64,000 nt of DNA. It comes from Antedon mediterranea (taxonomy: Eukaryota > Animalia > Echinodermata). This document shows, piece by piece, positions 1-14,165 of the stretch; within the stretch, counting starts at the first letter, position 1; the number at the start of each line of letters is the position of its first letter. The DNA lies in the NCBI RefSeq assembly GCF_964355755.1, contig NC_092679.1, forward strand, positions 6,788,201 to 6,852,200, read 5' to 3'. The notes under the pieces were generated by a model. The model had not been told where the DNA came from, did no database searches, and saw only the letters and a program-made list of their open reading frames with translations. Position numbers and translations under genes: made by a program.

Positions 1-249
1 TAGATAGCCTGTGGTTTCTAAAGAAATTGGGGTCTAGCTAAAATACTGAAGCTATCACAACAGCTATTGATTTGTAAGCATGTGTAGATAATTGAATAAC
101 AAAGATCAAAATTATTCTACTGTAGTTTAATAATTAAAAAAACCTTGTTAAATAATTACCTAAACAGATTAAAGAGTAAACAAAACGTAGCTACTGCAGT
201 AACTGCAGTAGAATAATTTCCCACAAAACTTGTACAAAAATAAACTTAC

Positions 250-3200
250 TAAAACCATGTTGACTTGTCTGTTTCAACAATGTAATTTGAATGCCTGGTA
301 CCCTATCACAGAAGTGCTGAAAATTCAGCTTAACATCAATGTGACCTACAACACTAGGTTTTGACAGAACAAGTTCAAACAGGTGTTCGTTAGCACTGAA
401 AAAGAATATGTTTACAATTTTAGTAACGTTGTCATTAGTAGTGTTGAGCATACTACTGAAAAATCTTCTTGAGAATTAGCAAAATTAATGTTACAATGTG
501 TTTGACGCATACAGAAAAAAGTAAACAAAACAGGACAATCAATACAAATAGTGGAGCTGTAGCTTGATGGTTTGTCTTCTAATTCCAAGGTCCGGGTTCA
601 ACTCTGACCTAGTGCCAGGACTGTAACTCTACTCCACTCTCTAAACCTACAAATGAGACTACACTATCAAACTTTACAGTATTTGACACAAATATGTGAT
701 GTGCACATATATGGACATGATGATCACTACCATATTAGAGCATATCACTACCATATTTGAGCACATCACACTTTTTTTGGTCAAACTAGATTGATAGTGT
801 AGACAGAGCTTTAGTTTATAAGTACAGTAGTTATAAGGTATTACCCAGTAGTGGATAATTTCCATGTGCGTGTATGTTGCGTGGCATCACCATGATGTCT
901 TTGATGGAGATGTTGTGGATGGCGCCGTTGCTGCTGCTCTTGTTGTATCTCGGTCCAGCACGGCGGCACAGTCGCAGAGAAACGTGGAATCAAAGTTTCA
1001 AACTTGGTTAATTCCGTCAATTGCTTTAGGTTCTCTGCTGTGATTGGTTGGTTGACAAGGCATTCAGGAGCTAAAGCACATGTTGATATTTGACAAATAG
1101 TAAAAAAAATATTAATACTTGGTTTGTTCGTCTTGGACCAATAAAGATTTTGTATTATTTTTGTAAAATAGAAGGAATCTGATGTTTCAATAAAAGAGTA
1201 ATCACAATTCGATTCAATTTAAGAAGTGTAATTGTAAAAATTATTTCAAAAGATAAAACTTACATTGCATAAATACAGCGTCTTGATCAGCTAACATCAT
1301 GTTAGACAAGTTCACATCACAATCAAGATCATCGGTAGGTGATTGGTCCGATGCTGACCCTTCAACTAATTGTAAAAATCGCAATTCTCCCGATTCTGTA
1401 CAGACGCTAACCCTCTCCATTCCCATACAGTAAGCGAGCGCAGCAAATTTATCTATGTTTTTCTTATCCGCGCTTCCTGCGTCTATTGGTAAAGGCGGAA
1501 GGTACGCCAGAGTGTCACAGGTTCCAATGTCCATAAAGATAACACCACCTTCTTTAGTTAAAGCTGCAAATTGGCCAAGGTTTTCAGCTGCTACACTGCC
1601 ATCTATCTCATCCTCTCCAATTGATTTTGTTGCAGTTTTCTTCATTACATCCGGGTTGTATAAATTTGATGCATCAACAGTATCATCAGTTTTATCCCCA
1701 TTAGACTCCCCTGGAAGCAGAACAATATTGCTTAAACTACGGCTTGGATCTTCTATCCGGAAACACTTTTGTAGAAGTAAATTTTCAATCATTCCCAACT
1801 TATCAAAACAGATTGTATAAACTAAAATATATCCACCGTACAGATTTTCATTCTTTGTGGATTGTCCTAAATTGACTTCATCCGCCGTAACATATGTAAC
1901 ATTCTCAAATGTATCGTCGGAGCTTATTTTTTCGCAAAGTTCTCCATTGACGTCGACGTTGTCGAAGTTACTTGGAGGATCTTTATCAGTATGGTTTTTA
2001 GCAAGACCATTCACTTTTGAAACGTCCTGGTCAATTTTAACCCTTATATTGCACTTTGTAGTTTCATCAATCTTCTTACTAACAGGTAAACAGTTGACAG
2101 GGGAGAGGACAACTACAATAGAATTCGGATCTAAACTAGAAAACATTGAAGACACAAACAAATTTTCGTCTTCTATATGAGGAGGCAACTTGATGGAAAA
2201 ATTGCATTTAGTTTGCGTTATGCACTGAAAGTCATCTTTCATTGCACTGTCCTGGCTTGGCTCATCAACTGGTTCAACGGCCTCCACAGGAGGGATCGAT
2301 AAAGGACTTTCGACATACTTTAGCTGTTTATCATCAAAAGATATAACTTGTGGTATGAGTATTTCTGATAAAGTTGATACGCCCCCAGTTTTTCCAGCGC
2401 CAGATTCTAAAGGTGATGTTTTGGATTTTGTCGCTTTTACTGCTTTTTTTTCCTCTATGCGCTTTTCTGATGTCGTATACACTGATAATATAGTTCTATT
2501 AGATAAAGAGTTTTCCTCGCTTATCAACTCCTTTGATATTTCTGGTAAACTAGCATGAATTCCAACAAATATATGACAAAAGTTTTTATCTTTCTGGCAA
2601 CCTTTTACGGAATTGGATTCTTCTCCATTCGTTGCAGTTTCTTCAATATTTAGTTCATTTTCAGAATCGATAATATGCATGGCTGTAACTTGTAATGTTT
2701 CGCCTGAAAACAAGTCATATAAAAAATGTTTAAATCTAAAAATAAGAATTACCTCAAATAAAATGATATTTATTATCAATACAACCATGATTGAAATACA
2801 TGGTTAAACTTGGTAATATTTTTAAAACCATATATCACCTTAAATGTAAAATTCATTGTAAGAATTATCATTACCAGTATATTTATTAACATCATAAGTA
2901 TTTATCATTACATAATTAATTTTCATTTTACTTAAATGAACTTATTAGCCCAGTAATAATTAAAGCCTCTATGGGCCATCCTTGCTTGGGTCATTAAAAA
3001 TGGTCTATAGTATTTAGGCTTGTAAAAGCAAGCAACATCTTTTTTCTTCTTATTTTAGTACGATAGGATAGACAGATACCTTTTTCCTGTGAATACTGTT
3101 CCGGCGAGCTCTCATATGGGAGCTTTAAAGTGCTGGAGAATGGACCGGTGTAAATGGTTCCTCAGCTTTTCTTCCTTTTTTGGTTATTTAAGGATATTTT

Positions 3201-6200
3201 ATGGATCATTTTTTAGTGTAAAGCACCTAGAAACATTGTATTAGGCGCTATGCCTACTATTATTATTATTATTATAAGATAGGGTATGTCCATTGCAATG
3301 GCCTAATTTTTAAAAAGGGTTGTGTTACAGCATAAAATTTATTATTAAATTTTCCTTTGCTTTATTGTCAAGAACTAGGAGTTATCTCAATGTTTAATAA
3401 TACTTATTATATAACTCCTAAATAAATTCCTATCATTTGATTGTTTTTAAACTTATTTGTGTACGAAAAAAAAAAATGTTTCGCGGATGCAAACAAATCT
3501 GGTGTACAAATTATTACTGTGAAATACAACAGCGCCACCTGTTGTCCTGCTTCTGATTGTAAACACCACCACAAGATATGAAACAGCAGCAGATTTTTGT
3601 GTACGATTTGGAGATATATATGTACTAATTTCATTCAAAAAAGCATTTAAATTAGCTTTAGAACGTTTTTAGGATTTTGATTAATTAATGGGGACATTCC
3701 TACAAGACGTGGAATTAGCCTAGATAAATTCCAAATGTCTGTCAAAGTTTTGCCTTTCAGCCAAGCTAGTACTACTACTAGGTCTAGCCTAGCTAGGCCT
3801 GTTAGTATTAGGCTAGGCCTATCCTAGGCGTTTTAGCCTTGCTAGACCTAGGATTGAGTAGGTGTGTTTATAAAATCCATATAAATATAACATTTAATAT
3901 GATATTATAAACCAAATGTTACTGTTTTAATCAATGTGAATGAAATGTAGGCCTCTTGGCTAGGGCTACCTTTTATTTGATTCAAATGACAGGAATCTAT
4001 TTAGATGTTACATAAAACAAATAATGAATGTTTTATATTTGTGTAATGGTACAAATAATGGCATTTGGTGAATCGTTGATATAACCTTTCATTATTCAAC
4101 TCATGTCATTATTTGTACCATTACACTCATAAACATTCATTATTTGTATACTATAATTAATATATATAATAATACGTTACTTACATATATCGTCAGCAGA
4201 AGGTGGTGTGTTTGACCAGGTCAAGGAAAGGTCATTAATAGTTCCATATCCCTCATCTAAAACATAAAGTATGATTAGAAAGCAACGAATATTCTTCAAG
4301 CAATGTTATACACTACTATAATCATCTTAAAGCTCTGTCTACACTATCAAACTTCATGTGACAAAAACATGTTATGTGTCCATATATGGGCATGATGATG
4401 TCATATCACTACCGTATATCACTACCATATTTGGGCACATCACAATTTTTTGTCAATTAGTTTGATAGTGTAGACAGAGCATTACATGTATATATTTATG
4501 GTACTTAGTTGAAACTAAAAATTTTCAAGATAGATCTTCTGTGGTCACATGACACAGCACTGTCTATCTTTATAAATAAGACCATGATTTTGTATGCGCA
4601 ATATACATTATACAATACAATATATATATACAAGGCCAATTGAATATCCTACCTTTTTCCACACTATCTTTCTTCTGATCACTTGCTTCTTCTAATTGCT
4701 TTTCTTTAACACTGTAATGATGGATGATTAAGGGATCATTTCAAAATGGTTTAACTAGTTACTGCAGTAACTACATAATAAGCAAGCTTTTTTACACATT
4801 ATTTACTGCAGTTACTGCCTCATAAACTTCTAAATTAATCTAAACTAAATCATACATCATTGCACAAACAATGTAATTACTGCAGTAACTGCAATAGAAT
4901 AATTTTGACATAATTCCTAAAGATAAATTTTTTTAAAAAGAGGGCTGACCTCATACATTTCAAGTAGACAAGAGATGAATATGATTTTTAACCTTGATAT
5001 TTTTTTTGTTCGGTCTATATAAATCATCACAGATGTGAAAAACATCAAGTTTATTTCAAGTGGCAGGAAACATGTACAATCTGTATTTATGTATCTTGCA
5101 TATTGCATAGGCTAACAACAACAGAGTAGAGACAATTGGCCAACCCAAAACAATGTTTATATTTGGTTTGTTGTGGAAATATTTTTAAAGCTCTTTCCTT
5201 GTGGACTTGTGTGCTTGCAAATTTGGTTATTTTTTAACTTTTAACCACAAAAATAGTGGAATAGATTTCACTTTATTTTGTTCTCAATTAAATAGGAAAA
5301 TATGTTGAGTGTATTCATGGTAGATTATAATATTAGAGTAGTCAATTGACCCAAGGCTATCTAAAAACAGGACGCAGAGCTCGACAGCAAATGTATGCTA
5401 TCGTAACAGATTTTGATCTGCGGTAGGCTTCGACAAATTCTACAAAGTCGTCAATTTCTAGGCTATGTACATCATATATTGCATTGTTTTTATTGCTATT
5501 TAATTGTATTTTGGTACTTTAAATAGTCCTATGTGTCTGATTTTTTTAACTTGATCTGGCCGAGCTCAACATCCTATTGTTTGACTGCCTTGTTTGACCC
5601 AAGTTTAAATAAATTACCTTGATTGAGTGCAATCTTGTGTGAAAGCTTCCTTAGCTTTAGCCATTGACTTTCTTGAATTAGCTTTGCATTTCCCATTTGA
5701 TAATGTTACTGTGAACTGACTACACATTTTTAGTTGCCTAGTAACATTCCATAAACAAATATTCCCATTGGTAGTCGCGGTGGCTATATGATGTTTGCTA
5801 GTGCTTGAACTTATGCAACATATCTGTAAAAATGATAACATTAGAATATTTTCTGAAACTAATACCGTAGAACCCCTCTTTGGGGCACTAGTTTAAGGGG
5901 GCACTACTTTAAGGGGGAACTACTTTAAGGGGGCACTACTTTAAGGGGGCACTACTTACTTTAAGGGGTCACTACTTACTTTAAGGGGGCACTACTTTAA
6001 GGGGGAACTACTTTAAGGGGGACCTACTTTAAGGGGACACTACTTTAAGGGGGACCTACTTTAAGGGGACACTACTTTAAGGGGGACCTACTTTAAGGGG
6101 GGGGGGGCACACTACTTTAAGGGGGAAACTACTACTTTAAAGGGGGAGGCACTACTTTAAGGGGGGAGGCACTACTTTAAGGGGGGGGGGCACTACTTTA

Positions 6201-9200
6201 AGGGGGGGGGCACTACTTTAAAGGGAGGGCACTACTTTAAGGGGTAACTTCTTACTTTAAGGGGTCACTTCTTACTTTAAGGGGTCACTTCTTACTTTAA
6301 GGGGTCACTACTTACTTTAAGGGGTCACTACTTACTTTAAGGGGTCACTACTTACTTTAAGGGGTCACTACTTACTTTAAGGGGTCACTACTTACTTTAA
6401 GGGGTCACTACTTACTTTAAGGGGTCACTACTTACTTTAAGGGATCACTACTTACTTTAAGGGATCACTACTTACTTTAAGGGATCACTACTTACTTTAA
6501 GGGGTCACTACTTACTTTAAGGGGGTCACTACTTACTTTAAGGGGGGCACTACTTTCTTTAAGGGGGCACTACTTTCTTTAAGGGGGCACTACTTTAAGG
6601 GGACACTACTTTAAGGGGACACTACTTTAAGGGGGCACTACTTTAAGGGGGCACTACTTTAAGGGGACACTCCATGAATTGGAGGAGAGGCAACACATTG
6701 TTTAACATTAGGCCAGCCCCTATCAAAGGAACATTTTCCAACGAAAAGGCAATACATGACAAACATTTATATGTATTCAAAAATTAAATGTTTTAAAAAT
6801 ACAGCCAATCAAAAGGCAATAAATATGGCTCATCATATTCAGGGGAAACTTTGCTGGGTCTTGGTCCAATTAAAAGAGTTTTGACTGTATATATTATAAC
6901 ACTACAGCCAACCATTATTTAGAGGACACACTATTTTGTTACCCCTTAAATGGGATCAAGTAGTATAATATTTTACAAATTATTCATTGAAACTTCATTA
7001 ATCATTTATTACTAAAGTACAGAGCTATAGAATAATATAATTTATAATACTATGATAAAAGTAAACAAAATGATTACTTACATGGTTTGTTTTACTGCCG
7101 TGAATTTGGGCAGGGCCAGAAGCTAGGGTTGCAGCTAGGGGTACATTTTGGGTGTGTTCCCCTCGGACATGAGGACAATTAGGGGAGTGCCTCTCGTGCT
7201 CAGACCTGAAATTATATGAAAGTAATTATTTCAGTACACAAACAAAAAATACAAAACTGTGAAAATGATATTTATATGTAATCGCTAGTATAATATTTTT
7301 TATTTTGTTATGTTATATTTAATATTTTTTAATATTTTATTTCTTTTGCCAATAACAGAATTGTTCTATAATATATACAATTTCTAAGCACTTAAAAACC
7401 ATGTCAAAATGATTCTACTGCAGTAAACTACATTTTTGTATGATATAAGTTTGTAGGAAATTTATGACTTTAATTCCTTCATGGGGAAAAACAGGTTAAA
7501 GAGAATACAATTATTGCCAACAAATGCAATGTACATACCAAGGTTCATCAGTAGGCTCCCAGCATACCAAGCATACACTACAGGTAAAGCACAAGGCTCT
7601 ATCATCACCAGGTGCCGTCGGCTACAGTAATACAACAATAATGAATATATTATATAACAAAATAATTAAAGTATTTAATGTTTTGTAATCTTCCTAATAT
7701 GGAGATTTAGTATCCGTGGATATCTGATAACTATTATAACATCAATACTGTGTTTTTATCTTGATGAGCATGTAACTAATATTGAAATATGAATTGTTTC
7801 ATAAGCTTCTGATAAAGTATCTCTGGATATCATTACTAAAGCTCTGGTTACACTATCAAACTTTATGTGACAACAAAATTTGATGTGCCCATATATGACC
7901 ATGATGATGTCATATCACTACCATATTTAAGCATATCATATTTGGCCACATCACACTTTTTTTGTCAAACTAGTTTGATAGTGTAGACAAAGAGTTTTAT
8001 ACAGTAACCTAATATCAAAATATTAAATGTTTTGCAAGCCTCCTTTATGGAAATGTACAGTGTATCAATGAAAATCATTATTAATACTATAAGAAATGTT
8101 ATGATGATGTATCAATATATTGAATGAATACTTACTCCATGGTAAAATCCAGCCTGGGCCATAGCATCAGGCAGTGCCCATCTAGAAGAGAAATGTAATT
8201 GCACACAACACATTAATTTAGTCTATAACCTCATGACACTTGATTAATCAAATAACCAAATATATATATTATAAGATATGTTTGTATATTTGTTCATTAT
8301 AGAAATTTGACCTACTCCATGCATGAGGTATCAAAATGACGCTATTTTTGGGACAATAGCAATGATTTTTGGAATGGCGCTTTAAAAATGGAGTGACTGA
8401 TTTTTTTTTTAATTTGAACATTATTCGCCTTTTGGATCCAATATAGACACCAAAATGGGGTCTAAATGCCCAACTTGATCGTTAAACCAATTGCTAGTGA
8501 TACAATAAAAATAAAGTTACAAAAAAAAAGAATTTACTTGTAATCCATATGGGGCCAAGCTGTGAACGTTTTCCTACGAGCAGCCTCAGTGTACATCAAG
8601 GCGCGGTCAACAGTCCGCGTTGAGCTTACAGGAGTGAAGTCAGGTATATGATTTGTTGGGTACAAGGAGTCGAGTCGATCAAGTATAGCTGATGCTATAG
8701 ATAAACCAGGTTTATTGGTGTTTTGCGGGACAGCGATTAGGCTACTGCATACAGAACTAATTGCTGTGTGGGGTAGGTTGATTTTGACTGTAGCCCACTG
8801 GAAAAATAGATAATTAACAAATATTAGGGAGTTTTCGCAACCTTACGAATACGATAACGAAAACAGATACGTCACACATTTGTGAAACTTTTGAGCTAAT
8901 CCTCATTTCATATTCGTAAAGCGTATTCGTGTTGACGAATATCACCAGTCATATTCGTGATTACAAAACGAGTATAGTTTTTGATCTATTTTGCACATTT
9001 TGCATTTGAATCAGGAATGATTCATGATTATAATATAATTATACTTTTATTTAGTAATTTACTAAAGTATTTTACTAAAATGCCAGGTCAATTTTGATAA
9101 ATAGCAGTTTTTAAAGTCCTCACTCGCTTTGATGTTACGTTAGGCCTAGGCAGCCAAGCACCAAACAACACATACCAGCGCTTCGCTCAAATTTACCGCA

Positions 9201-12200
9201 GCCATATTTTGGACGGCGCCCTCAATATTTCGTTTGCCATGCGAAACAGATTTTTACTGGCTTACGAAAAACGAATACGTGTGCGTGACGTATCCGTTTT
9301 CGTTATCGTATTCGTAAGATTGCGAAAACTCCCTATTATCTTCGATAAAACTTGTTTTTATATTTAATCAAAGTTGATTATAGCTTTCTAGTACAAGCAA
9401 AATGTTACCAACAATTTTACAGCCTTTTTGAAAGCTGAAAGTGACTTTTTGTAGCTATTCAATGAGTTATGTAATTTCACCACTATGTTTTTTATTGTTT
9501 AAAAAGTAATAAAAATTAAGGAAACAAAATACTGTAAAACAAGGAAATAACTAGATATATACTTTCTGAACTGTGTTATGTACTTTACAAGGTCGAAGTG
9601 GTAAAATTGCATTTAACCAAAATAAACGCTATTATCTATACATTAAATATTATTTTGAAAAATGATAACGAACAATAACAGTAATGTTTACCTTGGCAAC
9701 CTTATGGTTACTATGGTCAACTGCTCCCTTGCAGGTCATTATTCCCATCTGTAAGCCATCTCTGACCTCTTCTAAGTACTCCTGACCAGGTAAAGCAACC
9801 TTCTTCAAGCAGGCTAGTAACTGGATTGCCTAGTATACAGAAAGCATTTTTTATTGTGTACAATATCTGCATATAGTCCTGGGTAAACTTGGGGAGAGTA
9901 TAAAAAGGTCCTCCACTTTTCAGTAGAACCCCTTATAAGGGGACAACTTCGGGACCCACAAATTGTGTTTCTTGAATAATGGTTGGCCAAACTGTTAAAG
10001 CATATAATACCTCTCAATCAGAAAATCATTTCACATGAAAATGTTCTTTTAATGTGGTGTCACTTGAAATGGGGTTGACCATTGTGTTCAAATATATACA
10101 GTATTACCCTCATTTACTGTATATCACAGGTGTGTCCTTTGAAATAAGTGTGTCCCTTGAATAGGAGTGTCTCTAGATAGGTGTGTCCCTTGAATAGGAG
10201 TGTCTCTAGATAGGTGTGTCCCTTGAAATAGGAGTGTCTCTAGATAGGTGTGTCCCTTGAATAGGAGTGTCTCTAGATAGGTGTGTCCCTTGAATAGGAG
10301 TGTCTCTAGATAGGTGTGTCCCTTGAATAGGAGTGTCTCTAGATAGGTGTGTCCCTTGAATAGGAGTGTCTCTAGATAGGTGTGTCCCTTGAATAGGAGT
10401 GTCTCTAGATAGGTGTGTCCCTTGAAATAGGAGTGTCTCTAGATAGGTGTGTCCCTTGAATAGGTCTGTCTCTTAAATAGGTGTGTCCCTGAATAGGTAT
10501 ATTCCTTGAATATGTGTGTCCTATGAATAGGTGTGTCCCATGAAAAGATGTGTCTCTTGAATAGGTGTGTCTCTTGAATAGGTATGTCTCTTGAATAGGT
10601 ATGTCTCTTGAATAGGTATGTCCCTTGAATAGGTGTTTCCCTTGAATAGGTGTGTCTCTTAAATAGGTGTGTCCCTGAATAGGTATATCCCTTGAATAGG
10701 TGAGTCCCATGAATAGGTGTCTGTCCCTGAATAGGTATATCCCTTAAACAAGTGTGTCCCTTGAATAGGTGTGTTCCTTGAATAGGTGTATACCTTGAAT
10801 AGGTGTGTCCCATGAATAGGTGCGTCTCTTAAATAGGTGCGTCTCTTAAATAGGTGCGTCTCTTAAATAGGTGTATCCCTGAATAGGTGTATCCCTGAAT
10901 AGGTGTGTCCCATGAATAGGTGTGTCCCATGAATAGGTGTGTCTCTTAAATAGGTGTGTCCCTGAATAGGTGTATCCCTGAATAAGTGTATCCCTGAATA
11001 GGTGTGTCCCATGAATAGGTATGTCCCATGAATAGGTGTGTCCCATGAATAGGTGTGTCCCATGAATAGGTGTGTCCCATGAATAGGTGTATCCCTTGAA
11101 TAGGTGTGTCCCATGAATAGTTGTGTCTCTTAAATAGGTGTATCCCTGAATAGGTGTGTCTCATGAATAGGTGTATCCCTGAATAGGTGTATCCCTTGAA
11201 TAGGTGTATCCCTTGAATAAGCATGTTCATTGAATAGGTGTATCCCTTGAATAGGCGTGTACCATGATTAGGTGTATCCATTGAATAGATGTATCCCTTG
11301 TATAGGGGTGTGTCACTTGAATAGGGGTGTGTCCCTTGAATATGGATGTGTCCCTTAAATAGGGATGTGTCCCTTAAATAGGTGTGTCCTTTGAAATAAG
11401 GGTGTGTCCCTTGAATAGGTGTGTCCATTGAATAGGGCTGTCCTACTGTAAGCAGGGCTTAAGAGTCCTCACCTCGGAATGAGTAAGCTCAACAACAACA
11501 AAGTCATCAGTCTTGCTGACTGGCGCTTGCAAAGCCGAATCAAGTAGAAGAACTCCGCTGATGTCTTTACGCAGGCCAACAACGCAGTCTGACTTGAAGA
11601 GCACTTGCTCTACCTCATTTAAGTACTTGCACTCTACAGATGATCCTGGATCAGCTGTAACACAAAATTTAATGTTGTCAACATTTTCTTTTACTACAGT
11701 TACTGCAGTACCTATATTTTGTTTACTGTTTATTCAATTATTTAGTGTTTTTTGAGATAATCATATATTTCTGAGACTGCCTCATGTCTTATAAAACTAA
11801 AATTGCAAAAAAAAGAAATAGAGTTGCTGCAGTAAAATAATTTTGGATTGACATAATCCCTTATAACAGTATCACTGCTAAAATATATAGTATACTACAC
11901 GCACATACTGGAAACTTTCCCTACAACTGTTTGCATACAATAAAATAGGTACAAATACTATGTTGGTCAGTTGTTTGTTACTCTTTGTTGTCCAGTGTAA
12001 ATCAACATTAAAAATAGTAATCTTTGACAAATGGAACTCTTTGACTAATTTATGTGAGCTGTTAATGAATGTTATAGCACAATCAAGTGTACATCCTTGT
12101 CATTTGATTGGTTGATTGTGTATTTAGTGTATATACAATATTTTCTACCATTTCAACAATGTAGTTCTGCCACTGCCAGTCGAGTAGGTCTTTGTATGAT

Positions 12201-14105
12201 GTGTCTCATACCTTATGAATACCATGACGCACCTGTGCACCAAAAATGTGACTTATTTTTAGGTAACCATTACGCACCCATTTTTACGGACTGTGACCAT
12301 GTTGTTGGTGGGGGGGGGGGGGGGTGGTAAAGTGACGGACATTGACACACCATTGTTCATTGATGTGACGCAGTTATTATTTGTAAATGACTTACAATTG
12401 ACAAAAGCATTTATCCATTACTAGTTTTAAACAAAGCTTATTAATTACGCCGTGGCTAAAGATACGGTACTGTATTCTAACTTCTGCTTACTAAAGGTAC
12501 GGTAAAATTGCATTCAGGAAAAAATTTCATTTAAAAATTTTGTTTAGCAATTATTGCTAATCAAACTGATTTTTTAGTCGAGAAACATAGTTTTGTATTG
12601 TATTTTTTGCTACACAATTTTAGAAATGTGTAGCAATAAGGTTGTTTTGTATAGCTTTTTGCTATGCTACACTGGCGAAATTATTCCCTGGTATTACATC
12701 ATAACCAGCCAATGGGGTGCTGGTACGTGTGTGACGTCATCGGACTTTGTGGATTTTTTTCATATCGCGAAAACAGTGATCAACCCATTTTATTTATGCT
12801 TCATTTATCGATATTATCGCCATCGTGTGTGACAAAAACTAAATGTAGCCTACGTCTGTTTAATATTAATATTGAAAAGCCAAAACATGTTGATTTTAAT
12901 TCTAGATAGAATACAGAAAACCGTTTCAAAAGAGGCCTAGGCCTACTTACTACGTACTATAACCTCATTATACGAGTTTGTTTGTGTAGAAATCATAGTA
13001 TTTGAGGGCACCTTTATTGTCCGCATTTGCTTGTTGTTTATGGTCACCATTGTAAACAAAGTTTAATAAAAAATATAGGCCTAAATAGGCCATTTGGAAT
13101 AAAAATAAAACCCTTATCTGCAGCGCACACACATCCACGCAGCCTGGCGCCGCCGATAGGAATTCTCTACATATCAACAGACGCGATATGAAAAAAAGTC
13201 CTTATACGATGACGTCACACGCGTACCAGCACTCCATTGGCTGATTATGACGTAATGCAATTTTACCGTACCTTTAGTAAACAGAAGTTAGAATACGGTA
13301 CCGTATCTTTAGCCACGGCGTATTAATTATACAGGGCTCTCCCTCAGAATTCTTAACGTAAACCATTAACTTTAAACTGGTTTACATGGACTTTCAAACA
13401 AAATTATTTTATCCAATGTATTACAGATCATGTTATACAAAATAAATTATATGCACATTTTTTAGTCTTTTGACTATATTTTGTTCATAATTATTCGACT
13501 CTGCGCATGTTTATTATGCTATAGGCCTAGTAACCATTCATTTTTAATATTATTTATTATCTAGAATGTAATACAAAACATCTCACATAATGTTGTGCAA
13601 TGAACTAGGCCTATATTCAATAAAACAAATCAAGAATTATTAAAATTTAAAAAACAAATTTACATACAGACTTATTCATTTTTAAATATTAATTTTTAAC
13701 ATATTAATACAGTAGTTTTAGGTTAATATTTACGCAAACCAATATATTAACAACGATCAAAAACTTCCCAATAGCCCAATTTTAACCAGTTTATATCTTG
13801 CTAGTGACCAAGCATAAAATACAGGCGTGGTGAGTCCCGGTAGAGAGTAGGCTATCATCCATCAATACGCTCATCACACACAGCTCACACAACAGAGATA
13901 GGAAGATAGGCCAGGCCTAAACATATTTACCACATAGCGTTGACTTTTGAAGGATGACACCGGTATTAACGTCCAATACTTGAAGACTGGAATCTTCAGT
14001 TACTACCAAAAGAGTATTCAGTTTTGGATGATATGAAATTCCTCTAGTTTTCTCTCCAATCGACAAACTGCCGTCTTCAATTATACGCCAATCCATGGCA
14101 GCCAT
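250..14105 (-). CDS. BIRC6: BIRC6/BRUCE/Apollon, 5' part (N-terminal beta-propeller region with BIR domain); gene continues beyond the left edge. Exons: 13931-14105, 11473-11654, 9692-9829, 8538-8797, 8136-8181, 7539-7621, 7082-7205, 5618-5823, 4653-4711, 4185-4256, 1264-2703, 845-1070, 250-395
   Basis: All junctions are GT-AG with consistent phase. The spliced translation has BIRC6 hallmarks: LLLDSALQ, NHKVAKWATV, BIR domain RRKTFTAWPHMDYKWALPDAMAQAGFYH..DDRALCFTCSVCLVCWEPTDEPWSEHERHSPNCP, and FETLIPRFSATVPPCWTEIQQEQQQRRHPQHLHQRHHGDATQHTRTWKL. The two small exons 4653-4711 and 4185-4256 are supported by phase only. Confidence 0.95.
549..620 (+). mobile_element. Degenerate tRNA-derived SINE head
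   Basis: A-box-like segment followed by a B-box-like GGGTTCAACTC; no complete cloverleaf. Confidence 0.45.
3060..3275 (+). mobile_element. 3' tail of an L2/CR1-type LINE or partner SINE
   Basis: gtaaagcacctagaaaca..ggcgctat followed by an (ATT)n tail, a typical L2-type 3' end. Confidence 0.45.
4330..4481. mobile_element. MITE family A (PIF/Harbinger-like). Other copies ~657-812, 7839-7992, 41546-41727, 41872-41926 (TIRs only), 43702-44140 (split by an insertion), 45045-45204, 48241-48400
   Basis: TIR AGCTCTGTCTACACTATCAAACT / AGTTTGATAGTGTAGACAGAGCT, usually flanked by TAA/TTA; shared internal catatcactaccatatttg motif. Confidence 0.85.
5882..6670. repeat. Minisatellite (GGGGCACTACTTTAA 15-mer and GGGGTCACTACTTACTTTAA 20-mer variants) in a BIRC6 intron
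   Basis: Tandem array directly visible; no unique spacers. Confidence 0.95.
8826..9334. mobile_element. Non-autonomous DNA transposon, ~55-bp TIRs
   Basis: AGGGAGTTTTCGCAACCTTACGAATACGATAACGAAAAC is the inverse of GTTTTCGTTATCGTATTCGTAAGATTGCGAAAACTCCCT; ATT on both sides. Confidence 0.85.
10128..11436. repeat. Minisatellite (GAATAGGTGTGTCCCTT-type 16-18-mers, with a ~33-bp dimer block at ~10160-10455)
   Basis: Tandem array; accounts for the repetitive ORFs at 10405-11428. Confidence 0.95.
12446..13322. mobile_element. Non-autonomous DNA transposon with ~140-bp TIRs; left TIR interrupted by a nested element
   Basis: TACGCCGTGGCTAAAGATACGGTAC.. is the inverse of ..GTACCGTATCTTTAGCCACGGCGTA; the TIR match resumes after the 12515-12690 insert. 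Confidence 0.85.
12515..12690. mobile_element. ~175-bp CAGGG...CCCTG MITE with 5-bp TSD; further copies 14795-14967 and 23992-24166
   Basis: Three highly similar copies; TSDs gcatt/gtatt, atcct/atcct and aaaac/aaaac. Confidence 0.9.
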
Positions 14106-14165
14106 CTTTCATGATGACGTCATATTAAATAGGGGTTTTCCAAATTAAAACAGCGCCCCCATACA
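14101..14165 (-). promoter_or_regulatory. BIRC6 proximal promoter/5'UTR motifs: CRE palindrome ATGACGTCAT (14114-14123) and YY1-like AAGATGGC over the start codon
   Basis: Motif matches immediately upstream of the ATG; function untested. Confidence 0.4.

Noticed and set aside
1-63. Possible next BIRC6 exon after an AG at 64-65
   Set aside because: The required phase hits a TAG after 7 codons.
549-620. Possible tRNA gene
   Set aside because: Only B-box-like remnants; no acceptor or anticodon stems or terminator, so treated as a SINE head.
1455-2807. Plus-strand ORFs opposite the large BIRC6 exon (and similar ones opposite the LINE and RMDN)
   Set aside because: Antisense shadows of real coding exons.
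10405-11428. Five overlapping repetitive ORFs (GHTYSRDTPIQ..)
   Set aside because: Translations of an intronic minisatellite, open in several frames.
12593-12909. ORFs sharing the peptide YCIFCYTI.EMCSNKVVLYSFLL (also 23907-24167)
   Set aside because: The similarity comes from the shared non-coding CAGGG MITE.
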